A program made the translations under genes and the position numbers. DNA of 52,541 bases, taken from the sequence record SRR22947727_2671. One strand, written 5' to 3'. The first letter of the stretch is position 1. Each line of letters begins with the position of its first letter. Positions 1-8,024 of this stretch are shown piece after piece. Under the pieces are notes generated by a model. That model did no database searches, was not told the origin of the DNA, and saw only the letters and a program-made list of their open reading frames with translations.

Positions 1-57
1 TAGAGCAGTTGACTGTTAATCAATTGGTCGTTGGTTCGATCCCAACTTCGGGAGCCA
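1..57 (+). tRNA. tRNA-Asn(GTT), 5'-truncated by window edge
   Basis: D-arm end TAGAGC, anticodon stem-loop GTTGA-CTGTTAA-TCAAT with GTT, T-arm GTTGG-TTCGATC-CCAAC, encoded 3' CCA at 55-57. Confidence 0.95.
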
Positions 58-66
58 CTTAAGCTC

Positions 67-486
67 TTATTGTACATTCATGATCATAAATTTCTTGATC
101 AACTTATAAAGATTATCTCTTGTATTAGAAAAAGAAGTTTTTAGCTGTTTTTCTGAATAACTATCATTTGCAGGATCTTCATTCATCCAGTGAAGGCTTA
201 GTGCTTTGCTTGGCAATACTGGACAGACCTCTTCTGCGCATAAAGTAATTGCATAATCTAAATTATCTATAAAGTCTTTATCTAAATCATCTGTGGACTT
301 TGAATATTGATCACGAATGTCTATACCGATATCATCCATAGCAATTACTGCACTAGGATGAACTTCTCCTGAGGGTATTGAACCTGCGCTTTGTATATTG
401 TGCTCTTTTCCAAACATAGATTTTGCAAGACCCTCAGCCATCTGACTTCTAGCTGAATTTGCGACACATAAAAAAAGTATATTCAT
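67..486 (-). CDS. arsC: Thioredoxin-dependent arsenate reductase (LMW-PTP fold)
   Basis: P-loop [12 protein letters not shown], resolving pair [11 protein letters not shown]...DP motif. Confidence 0.85.
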   Translation of the reverse strand: MNILFLCVANSARSQMAEGLAKSMFGKEHNIQSAGSIPSGEVHPSAVIAMDDIGIDIRDQYSKSTDDLDKDFIDNLDYAITLCAEEVCPVLPSKALSLHWMNEDPANDSYSEKQLKTSFSNTRDNLYKLIKKFMIMNVQ

Positions 487-548
487 AATCTTAATTGAGG
501 AATAATTTAATAGAGAGTATCTTATAGTTAATAGGAGTAATCAATATT

Positions 549-1667
549 GTGAAAAAACAATTCGATGTTAATTCGATGCTTAAGGGCCTTCATGGCAAAT
601 TAGGTGATGAGGATTATATTGAACCATTAGAAATTCTCATTAATTCCCTCAATAAACACAATAAATTTAATCGATTTGGAACGATAGCTTTCAACCATCA
701 ATTAAAAAACAGGTTGAAAATGAGGAAGATGCTCAATGAACTTCATTTAAATAATAATTTTGATGAGCCAGCTGATCCAGTTTTTGTTATAGGCTTGCCA
801 AGATCTGGGACATCATTACTTTTTAATCTCTTATCTTTAGATGTGGCTCACAGATCACCGATGTATTGGGAAATTATGCATCTAATGCCTCTTACAAAAA
901 CTAAAGCAGCAAGACAAAGAAGAGAATTTAAAACCAATGCCGAACTTAAGCTAGCAAAAACTATTATTCCAAAATTAAGAGCAATTCATACTATAAGAGC
1001 TTCAACTCCTGAAGAATGCCAACAAATTGCAACCATGAATATAAGAAGCTTTGTATATATGTGTATGGCAGATGTACCAGAATATATTGAATATCTAAAA
1101 AATACTTCTTTTGATTCTGTCTTTAGATGGCACAAAAGGTTTTATCAGGCTTTGGAACTTAATGGCAAACCTACTCGTTGGTTGTTAAAAGATCCAAGTC
1201 ACATAAGCCATATACCTCAAATTCTAAAAGAGTATCCAAATGCAAAATTTATTCACATTCACAGAGATCCTGTTGAATCAGTTGGTTCTTTTTGCAGCCT
1301 AACTAAAAATGTAAGACTGGCTTTCTCAAAAAAGGTTGATACTCATAATATTGGCGAAACTGTAATTGATTTCTGGAATCATAATTTAACGAAAGGTATG
1401 TTGGATAGAAAATCTCTTGCTAATAATCAAATAGTTGATATTCAATATTCGGAATTTGTAAAAAACCCACTAGAACTGATTAAAAATACCTACATGCAAT
1501 TAAATTTTGATATGAACATAGAGACTGAAAATAAAATTCAAAACTACCTTTTAAAGGATAAAGAGGTTAAAAAATCTCAACACACATATTCTCTTGATGA
1601 ATATGGATTAAATGAATCCATTATTAAAAGCCAATTTAAGGACTACATGCTCAACTTCGATTTTTAA
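549..1667 (+). CDS. PAPS-dependent sulfotransferase family protein
   Basis: 5'-PSB motif PVFVIGLPRSGTS, WLLKDPSH, 3'-PB-like IHIHRDP; GTG start uncertain. Confidence 0.85.
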   Translation: MKKQFDVNSMLKGLHGKLGDEDYIEPLEILINSLNKHNKFNRFGTIAFNHQLKNRLKMRKMLNELHLNNNFDEPADPVFVIGLPRSGTSLLFNLLSLDVAHRSPMYWEIMHLMPLTKTKAARQRREFKTNAELKLAKTIIPKLRAIHTIRASTPEECQQIATMNIRSFVYMCMADVPEYIEYLKNTSFDSVFRWHKRFYQALELNGKPTRWLLKDPSHISHIPQILKEYPNAKFIHIHRDPVESVGSFCSLTKNVRLAFSKKVDTHNIGETVIDFWNHNLTKGMLDRKSLANNQIVDIQYSEFVKNPLELIKNTYMQLNFDMNIETENKIQNYLLKDKEVKKSQHTYSLDEYGLNESIIKSQFKDYMLNFDF

Positions 1668-1703
1668 TGATAAAATCAACTTTTTTAATTTAAAGCTAAA
1701 TCT

Positions 1704-2324
1704 GTGAAAAATTACAATATATTAAAAATAGCTATATATTCTCTAGCAATAGTATTTGTTCTTAATTCTTGTTCTAAAAAAAATGATGAAGCTGAAATGC
1801 CAATTATTGAGGAGACGAGCATGACACAAGTTACTATAAAAACTTCCCTTGGAGATATTCAATTAGAATTAGATGGTGAAAAAGCACCTATTACTGTTGA
1901 AAACTTTGTATCGATAGCTAATTCTGGTTATTACGCAGGTACTATATTTCATAGAGTTATTAATGGCTTTATGGTTCAAGGCGGCGGTTTAAATGCTGAT
2001 ATGAGCAACAAGTCTAGTGGTACAGCCCCTATTCAAAATGAAGCTAATAATGGCTTAGCTAATGATCGTGGAACAATTGCTATGGCAAGAACCATGGAAC
2101 CACATTCTGCAACAGGTCAATTCTTTATCAACCATAAAGATAATAGTTTTTTAAACCATACAGGTGAAAATCCTCAAGGCTGGGGTTATGCGGTGTTTGG
2201 TAAAGTTACAGAAGGTATGGATGTTGTAGATGCTATTGCTGATGTTGCAACTGGTTCCTCAGGCGGACATCAAGACGTACCTCTTGAAGTGATTACAATT
2301 GAATCGGTAACTGTTGCTGAATGA
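1704..2324 (+). CDS. ppiB: Cyclophilin-type peptidyl-prolyl cis-trans isomerase with N-terminal lipoprotein-like signal; alternative start at 1821
   Basis: [35 protein letters not shown]; coupled (ATGA overlap) to lpxH as in other gammaproteobacteria. Confidence 0.92.
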   Translation: MKNYNILKIAIYSLAIVFVLNSCSKKNDEAEMPIIEETSMTQVTIKTSLGDIQLELDGEKAPITVENFVSIANSGYYAGTIFHRVINGFMVQGGGLNADMSNKSSGTAPIQNEANNGLANDRGTIAMARTMEPHSATGQFFINHKDNSFLNHTGENPQGWGYAVFGKVTEGMDVVDAIADVATGSSGGHQDVPLEVITIESVTVAE

Positions 2325-3034
2325 AGCCTCGCTTTATCTCAGATTTACACTTAAGCGATAAACACCCAGAACTTACTCAAGCCTTTTTTAAATTCTTAGA
2401 TGAATCAAAAGAGGCTTGCACTCATCTCTTTATTCTTGGAGATCTCTTTGAAACCTGGGTAGGAGATGACGATGATCTACCTCTTCATCTTAAAATCAAA
2501 GAAGCCCTAAAATCATTTACAACTAACGGACCTAAAACTTTCTTTATGCATGGCAATAGGGATTTTTTAGTCGGCGAATCCTTTGCCAAAGAGACTGGCA
2601 TTACTATATTGCCAGATCCCTACACTCTTGAAATTAACAACCAAAAAGTCATTCTTAGTCATGGTGACTTCTTGTGTACAGACGATAAGGAGTATATTAA
2701 TTTTAGAAACCAAGTACGGAATCAAGATTGGCAAAATAACTTTTTAAAGAAAACTTTAGACGAACGCAAACAAGTTGCCGCAGGCTTGAGGGAAGATAGC
2801 AAAGAAGCCACCTCAAAAAAATCAGATGCTATAACCGATGTTAATAATCAGTCAGTTGAAGACTTTATTAACGAACATCAACCTCACCTTTTTATTCACG
2901 GTCATACACATAGGCCAAATATTCATAATGTTGGATCTTCAAAAAGAATTGTTCTTGGAGATTGGGGAGATTATGGTTGGCTTCTCACTATCGATGAGCA
3001 AGAATTTAACTTAGAAAAATTTTCTATCGCCTAG
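2321..3034 (+). CDS. lpxH: UDP-2,3-diacylglucosamine diphosphatase
   Basis: [42 protein letters not shown]; downstream of ppiB. Confidence 0.93.
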   Translation: MKPRFISDLHLSDKHPELTQAFFKFLDESKEACTHLFILGDLFETWVGDDDDLPLHLKIKEALKSFTTNGPKTFFMHGNRDFLVGESFAKETGITILPDPYTLEINNQKVILSHGDFLCTDDKEYINFRNQVRNQDWQNNFLKKTLDERKQVAAGLREDSKEATSKKSDAITDVNNQSVEDFINEHQPHLFIHGHTHRPNIHNVGSSKRIVLGDWGDYGWLLTIDEQEFNLEKFSIA

Positions 3035-3650
3035 TTATAGGTCTTATCAATAAACCAATAATTAAAAAAATGAGGCCAAGCAATAGTCTTGGGTCTCCTA
3101 AGTAAAGCTGGTTCTCTACAGGAAAGGCTATTGTTTTTTCTAATGCTGCAATCTTGTATTTATGTTTGCTGTTCATCTTTGGATGAGTCACTATCTCTAA
3201 AAAAGCTCGCCTGCTTTTATACCTAAATAATGCTGCTCTCTCCCAAACCTCTGCATTTTCTATACCGACTAAATCCATAGAATTATTAACCGCACTGCCC
3301 ATATAAACTGGATGCGATGCTCTTTTTAAAAGTTCACCATACATATGTTCCATATACTCATTCATAAGCACATCTGGCGATTCTTCTGACACCGTCCCGT
3401 CTGGAAAAGTTGGATTTTCAGACATATCAATCACATTAACCATTATGAATTGCTTGCCTGAATCTTCTTCCACAAATTTTTGAAGTAACTCTTTTATTTG
3501 AGGCTCTAAAACACGACCGTCTTTTAATGCATTGCTTTCAAATTTATTTGCATAATATTCAATCTCATCATCAGTTAGTTTGCCGCCTAGGTCTGTGTAC
3601 CAAATAAAAAAGGATGAATAAATAACTAGTAAAGAAATCCAAACCTTCAT
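3024..3650 (-). CDS. Membrane-anchored hypothetical protein, DUF1330-like alpha/beta domain
   Basis: N- and C-terminal hydrophobic helices; FIMVNVI and W....LFRYKSRRAFLEIV..P....H..K.AAL resemble DUF1330-type proteins. Confidence 0.5.
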   Translation of the reverse strand: MKVWISLLVIYSSFFIWYTDLGGKLTDDEIEYYANKFESNALKDGRVLEPQIKELLQKFVEEDSGKQFIMVNVIDMSENPTFPDGTVSEESPDVLMNEYMEHMYGELLKRASHPVYMGSAVNNSMDLVGIENAEVWERAALFRYKSRRAFLEIVTHPKMNSKHKYKIAALEKTIAFPVENQLYLGDPRLLLGLIFLIIGLLIRPITRR

Positions 3651-3652
3651 AA

Positions 3653-4132
3653 TTATTTATTTCTCTTATTTGCTACGGATAGTAAAAATACTATTGCTGT
3701 TATTCCAAAGGCTACTGGCGCCCCATCTATTCCAGGTGTGTTATCTATTGTATAAGTTCCTATCATCCCAACGTCAACTCTAATGAGAGGATAAACAAAT
3801 AATCTTATACCCCAATCAATAAGCCAAAATACATTCATTAAAGGGATAAGAGATTTATATTTAAAGACAACCACCCAACAGACAAGGCAAAAAAGAAGCT
3901 GTGATGCACCCCATAAAGAAAAAAATCTATAAATAACCGGCATAGGGTCTGGATCGCCAGTTAAAACTACAAAGTTTGCAATTCCATGTAGGCCCCAAGA
4001 TTCAAATAACATGTGAACTATAGATCGCCAAGTCATTAATGCTGTGAATAATATGAATGCCCATACAGCAATCTTTGGGCTATCAAGCTCGTTAGTAGCT
4101 GTCTTAGGTAAGATTTTAGAAAAATTAAACAT
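3653..4132 (-). CDS. Hypothetical integral membrane protein (~4 TM)
   Basis: 159 aa, several hydrophobic segments, 2 nt from next gene. Confidence 0.65.
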   Translation of the reverse strand: MFNFSKILPKTATNELDSPKIAVWAFILFTALMTWRSIVHMLFESWGLHGIANFVVLTGDPDPMPVIYRFFSLWGASQLLFCLVCWVVVFKYKSLIPLMNVFWLIDWGIRLFVYPLIRVDVGMIGTYTIDNTPGIDGAPVAFGITAIVFLLSVANKRNK

Positions 4133-4201
4133 ACTTCTATTTTACATAAATCATATATATAGAGTGTGGATAATTTTGCACATTAGCTGATAAAGAAAAT
4201 A

Positions 4202-4230
4202 TTGTCCTCTTTCAATTTATACTGTATATT
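4202..4230 (+). promoter_or_regulatory. Probable sigma-70 promoter of umuDC
   Basis: TTGTCC (4202-4207) - 17 nt - TATATT (4225-4230); -10 lies inside the SOS box. Confidence 0.6.
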
Positions 4231-4239
4231 TATACAGTA
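4220..4239. promoter_or_regulatory. LexA operator (SOS box)
   Basis: TACTGTATATTTATACAGTA, 19/20 match to E. coli-type consensus TACTGTATATATATACAGTA, 13 nt before the umuD ATG. Confidence 0.93.
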
Positions 4240-4252
4240 TTTAAAAATCCTT

Positions 4253-4681
4253 ATGAAAGTTAGCTATATCGGAAAAATTTCTGAAGAAAATCTGCCGGCA
4301 ATATTTGTCCCTTATTTTCTTGAGTCTGTGCATGCAGGGTTCCCCAGCCCTGCAAGCGACTATATTGAAAGTCCAATAGATTTAAATAAACATCTTATAA
4401 AAAATGGAGCAGCTACTTTTTTAGTTAGAGCCCAAGGCCAATCTATGCTTGGCTCTGGAATAACCGATCAGGCAGTATTGGTTGTTGATCGCAGTGTTAA
4501 ACCAGCGCATAACAGTATTGTTGTGGCATCTATTGATGGAGAGTTTGTATGCAAACGATTAAAGCTCAAGCCTAAAATGTGCTTGATGCCAGATAACCCC
4601 GATTACTCTCCTATCTTTATTAATCATGGTCAAGAATTAGAAATAGTAGGAACTGTTACAGCAGCTATTAATAAGTTCTAA
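4253..4681 (+). CDS. umuD: DNA polymerase V subunit UmuD (S24 autopeptidase)
   Basis: Cleavage site VHAGFPSPA, Ser motif GQSM, Lys motif VCKR; start moved from the track's TTG 4202 to ATG 4253, downstream of the operator. Confidence 0.92.
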   Translation: MKVSYIGKISEENLPAIFVPYFLESVHAGFPSPASDYIESPIDLNKHLIKNGAATFLVRAQGQSMLGSGITDQAVLVVDRSVKPAHNSIVVASIDGEFVCKRLKLKPKMCLMPDNPDYSPIFINHGQELEIVGTVTAAINKF

Positions 4682-5943
4682 TGGCACTTGCTTTGGTAGA
4701 TTGCGAAAGCTTTTATGCTTCATGCGAAAGGATCTTTCGTCCTGATTTAAAACATACGCCTATAGTTGTTCTTTCTAATAATGATGGTTGTGTGATTGCC
4801 AGAAGCAGCGAAGCAAAGAAGATGGGTGTTGGTATGGGAGTTCCATGGTTTAAAGTAAAAAATTCTTTTCTTTCCCAGGGCGGACAAGTCTTCTCATCAA
4901 ACTTTACATTTTATGGTGATATGTCAGCCAGAGTGATGAATATTCTAGAAGGCTTTGTTCCAGAGGTTGAGATTTATAGCATCGATGAAGCGTTCCTGGG
5001 ATTAGATTCTTTAGAAGAGCATTACAACTTATATGACTTTGGATGCCATATAAGAAGCCTAGTTAAACAATGGACAGGGGTTCCAGTCAGGATAGGGATA
5101 GCTCCAACAAAAACGCTGACTAAGATAGCTTTAAATGAAGCTAAAAGACTGAACGTACCAACCAAGGTTTATCAAATATCTACAACAAAAGAAATCAGAG
5201 AAGCCCTTCTTAATACTCCGGTCAATGATGTTTGGGGAGTTGGCAGAAGACTCACAGAACATCTTAATAAAGCCAAGATAACAAATGCACTGCAATTAGC
5301 AGACCTAGATCCAAATTATATTAAAAGAAAATTCAGTGTAGTCCTTGAGAGAACAGTGAGAGAACTTAGAGGCCAAAGATGTCTTAATATAGAAGAGAAC
5401 ATTTCAGCAAAAAAACAAATCGTAGTCAGTAGGAGTTTTGGCACAAGGGTTACAGACCTAAAAACCTTGAGGCCAATTGTTAGCAACTTCGCAGTAAGGG
5501 CTTCTGAAAAATTAAGGCATGAAAAACAAAAGTGCTCTCAAGTTTCAGTCTTCGTTAGAACGAGTCCTTTTAGTGATAATAAGCCTCAGCATACTGGATA
5601 TAAAACTATAGAGCTTTTTACCCCAACCAATGACACTAGAGATATTTTAGTAGCAGCTAAAAAAGCTCTCTTGCCTATTTTTAGATCTGGTTACGATTAT
5701 GCAAAAGCAGGTATTCTTTTGAGCAGATTTAGCAATGAAACTACAAAGCAATATTCTCTTTTTAAAGATCCAAATGAACCTAAAGAGAATTCAAAATTTA
5801 TGGAGTATATAGACCAACTCAATGCCTATGAGACTCAGATCTACTTTGCCTCACAAAATACAAAAAGATGGTCGCCTATGAAACAGAATATGACCTCACC
5901 CAAATACACAACTAGCTGGTATGAACTACCAATAGCAAACTAA
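4681..5943 (+). CDS. umuC: Y-family DNA polymerase V subunit UmuC
   Basis: ALVDCESFYASCE, VVLSNNDGCVIARS, YSIDEAF, C-terminal SP.YTT.W.ELP; TAATG coupling to umuD. Confidence 0.95.
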   Translation: MALALVDCESFYASCERIFRPDLKHTPIVVLSNNDGCVIARSSEAKKMGVGMGVPWFKVKNSFLSQGGQVFSSNFTFYGDMSARVMNILEGFVPEVEIYSIDEAFLGLDSLEEHYNLYDFGCHIRSLVKQWTGVPVRIGIAPTKTLTKIALNEAKRLNVPTKVYQISTTKEIREALLNTPVNDVWGVGRRLTEHLNKAKITNALQLADLDPNYIKRKFSVVLERTVRELRGQRCLNIEENISAKKQIVVSRSFGTRVTDLKTLRPIVSNFAVRASEKLRHEKQKCSQVSVFVRTSPFSDNKPQHTGYKTIELFTPTNDTRDILVAAKKALLPIFRSGYDYAKAGILLSRFSNETTKQYSLFKDPNEPKENSKFMEYIDQLNAYETQIYFASQNTKRWSPMKQNMTSPKYTTSWYELPIAN

Positions 5944-5973
5944 GTGCAAAAGCTTCTACTACAGCAAAAAAAT

Positions 5974-5989
5974 TGGCACAGATATTGCA
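5974..5989 (+). promoter_or_regulatory. Sigma-54 (RpoN) -24/-12 promoter
   Basis: TGGCAC-AGATA-TTGCA; GG (5975-76) and GC (5987-88) at the obligatory spacing; intergenic; followed by AGGAGG at 6005-6010. Confidence 0.8.
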
Positions 5990-6015
5990 ATAAATAAGGT
6001 ATTTAGGAGGTATTT

Positions 6016-6126
6016 ATGATTGATTATTGTTTAAGAGTCCATGAATTTTGCAGGCAAGAGCCTCTTTGGGCTGTAGCATTTTTCTTTTGTGGTTTTGTTA
6101 TAGGTGATACTTACTTCACTCTGTAA
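6016..6126 (+). CDS. Unannotated 36-aa small membrane protein MIDYCLRVHEFCRQEPLWAVAFFFCGFVIGDTYFTL
   Basis: AGGAGG 5 nt upstream of ATG 6016, TAA at 6124-6126; fills the gap exactly up to the convergent DUF2237 stop; one hydrophobic segment; below ORF-track cutoff. Confidence 0.75.
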   Translation: MIDYCLRVHEFCRQEPLWAVAFFFCGFVIGDTYFTL

Positions 6127-6129
6127 AAC

Positions 6130-6504
6130 TTAATTCATATCGATAGCAAATTCTTTTAGTATTTCAATATCGATTATAGAAGTAGTTTTTTTATTTGTTT
6201 TCTTTAAATATATTTTAGGAGCTCGGCCATGCTCGTATGCTTCTTTCCATCTCTCTGCACAAACACACCAAGAGTCTCCTGCTTTTAATCCTGGAAAATT
6301 AAACTCTGGCCTTGGAGTTGAAAGATCATTGCCTCTAGATTTTGAGAAATCTAGAAACTCATCTGTTATTAAAGAACATACGATATGAAGGCCTCTATCC
6401 ATTTGATCTGTGTGACAGAACCCGTCTCTAAAAAATCCAGTAATTGGATTTGAGCAACACTCGTCTATTAGTTCATTAAAAATATTTACTTGTTGAGTTT
6501 CCAT
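6130..6504 (-). CDS. DUF2237 family protein
   Basis: TGFFRDGFC.T, H.VC, FL.FSKSRGNDLSTPRPEF.FPGLK.GD.WCVCA.RW. Confidence 0.88.
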   Translation of the reverse strand: METQQVNIFNELIDECCSNPITGFFRDGFCHTDQMDRGLHIVCSLITDEFLDFSKSRGNDLSTPRPEFNFPGLKAGDSWCVCAERWKEAYEHGRAPKIYLKKTNKKTTSIIDIEILKEFAIDMN

Positions 6505-6566
6505 TGAAACAAATCTTATTATTTAAAAACAAAGATATCCAGCACCAATGTTGATAAAATAATTTT

Positions 6567-6893
6567 ATGGATAATAACGGCAAAGTTCTCTTCAATGAAA
6601 AATGTTCTATCTGCAATTTTGAGATTAAGCATTATAAAAAAAGATCACACTTAACTTTTGATGACTGCAGTCACATGGAAGATAAATATCTAAAAAAACT
6701 TCATGTAGTTTTCGATGACGAAAAAGAATTGGTTGGTGTTGATGCCTTTATTTATATCTGGAAAAGAACAAAAGGATATGGATGGTTGGGTAAATTTGTT
6801 GGCCTTCCGATTATCAAACAATGCGCTATTTTTGCTTATTCAATTTTGGCTTTTTTATTATTTTGGCGCTTTAAAATATTTAATCGTTCATGA
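6567..6893 (+). CDS. DCC1/DUF393-like thiol-disulfide oxidoreductase (short)
   Basis: N-terminal FNEKCSIC (DxxCxxC-like), LHV......GVDAF..IW, P.......AY. Confidence 0.7.
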   Translation: MDNNGKVLFNEKCSICNFEIKHYKKRSHLTFDDCSHMEDKYLKKLHVVFDDEKELVGVDAFIYIWKRTKGYGWLGKFVGLPIIKQCAIFAYSILAFLLFWRFKIFNRS

Positions 6894-6909
6894 GAATTCA
6901 TTCATGTAG

Positions 6910-6938
6910 ATGCGAATGATTATCAGAATGATTTGCAT
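6910..6938. promoter_or_regulatory. Probable Fur box upstream of ferritin-like gene
   Basis: TGCGAATGATTATCA (6911-6925) matches 12/14 of the 7-1-7 consensus TGATAATnATTATCA, within a longer imperfect palindrome ATGCGAATGATT-ATCAG-AATGATTTGCAT. Confidence 0.65.
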
Positions 6939-7034
6939 TAAAAAAATACCTTATATCAGTATTTTACAATATAATAAGATTGTTTTATAGTTATTCAGAT
7001 TCAATCAGTCTATACTGCTTAAAGGAGCGTTAAT

Positions 7035-7475
7035 ATGGCAATGAAACCACTTGATACAAAAGAAGCTTGCGGAATTTTAAATGAAATTATGGAGTACGAA
7101 TTAGCTGGTGTTGTTCGCTATACTCACTCAGCAATGATGATAACCGGACCCTATAGAATTCCTATTGTTGCCTTCTTAAAAGAGCAAGCAACTGAATCAC
7201 TTCTTCATGCTCAGGGAGCAGGTGAATTAATAGCGGGTCTTGACGGTCACCCTAGTCAAAGGATTGCAAAAATTGAAGAGACAGGAAAACATTCTATAAA
7301 AGATATTCTTGAAGAAAGTTTAGCTCATGAATTACATGCTGTGGGTTTGTATAAAAAACTTCTCGAAGAAGTTGAAGATAAATCAATCTATCTTGAAGAG
7401 TATGCTCGAGGAATGATCGGAGAAGAAGAACAACATTCTTTAGAACTTAAAAGAATGTTAAAAGATTACGGATAA
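7035..7475 (+). CDS. Bacterioferritin-like / ferritin-like domain protein
   Basis: Four-helix pattern E22, E54/H58, E99, E131xxH134; L.G.P loop; SD AAGGAG and -10 TATACT (7011-7016). Confidence 0.8.
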   Translation: MAMKPLDTKEACGILNEIMEYELAGVVRYTHSAMMITGPYRIPIVAFLKEQATESLLHAQGAGELIAGLDGHPSQRIAKIEETGKHSIKDILEESLAHELHAVGLYKKLLEEVEDKSIYLEEYARGMIGEEEQHSLELKRMLKDYG

Positions 7476-7483
7476 AAAAATAG

Positions 7484-7921
7484 TTAAACTTTTTTGAAAT
7501 ATCTTTGATGATGGGCTTCTGATAAATCTAAGAACTCTTTATTTACTTCATCTCTTATTGTCATCGGATCATAAATTTTAAGACTGGTAATACCAAACTG
7601 TTCAAGGTCCAAATTTTGTGACCCTGCTGCTCTTAATAAATCAAAAATCCAAGTTAATGGATCCATTGAATTATTATAGTTAATTGCATTCTCTTTAAGT
7701 TTGATGGCAAGCAAGTCAACATCATGAATCTTAAATCGCTCTTGAAGAATGAGTATTTTAAATTTTTCTAATCGATCATTAACTAATGCCCTCTCGTCTT
7801 GAGAGTATTTTGGCCAACTAATTATTTCATGAACAAATCTTTTACAGCCCTTGCACACATCATCTCCGTATGTTGTAGAGCAAATGCCTAGGCAAGGTGT
7901 TGTGGATCTGTTTTTTTGCAT
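7484..7921 (-). CDS. DUF1289 family Cys-rich (predicted Fe-S) protein
   Basis: TPCLGICSTTYGDDVCKGCKRF.HEII.W; divergent from acnB. Confidence 0.8.
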   Translation of the reverse strand: MQKNRSTTPCLGICSTTYGDDVCKGCKRFVHEIISWPKYSQDERALVNDRLEKFKILILQERFKIHDVDLLAIKLKENAINYNNSMDPLTWIFDLLRAAGSQNLDLEQFGITSLKIYDPMTIRDEVNKEFLDLSEAHHQRYFKKV

Positions 7922-8024
7922 AATTAATCGAAATAATAACTCATTTTTAAATAAAATCTTTGAATTAGTAGAAGCCTTTTAGCTATAGGAGTAAAATAAG
8001 CCATCGTAAACAAGGAAAAACCAT

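Noticed and set aside
4202-4252. N-terminal extension of UmuD from TTG 4202
   Set aside because: It spans the -35, -10 and SOS box; ATG 4253 gives a normal-length UmuD
6715-6909. 64-aa alternative-frame ORF
   Set aside because: Overlaps the DCC-like gene, with no SD or recognisable motif
1-8000. Genomic island or prophage integrated at tRNA-Asn carrying umuDC
   Set aside because: No integrase, no repeat of the tRNA 3' end seen, and core genes ppiB-lpxH lie within the region
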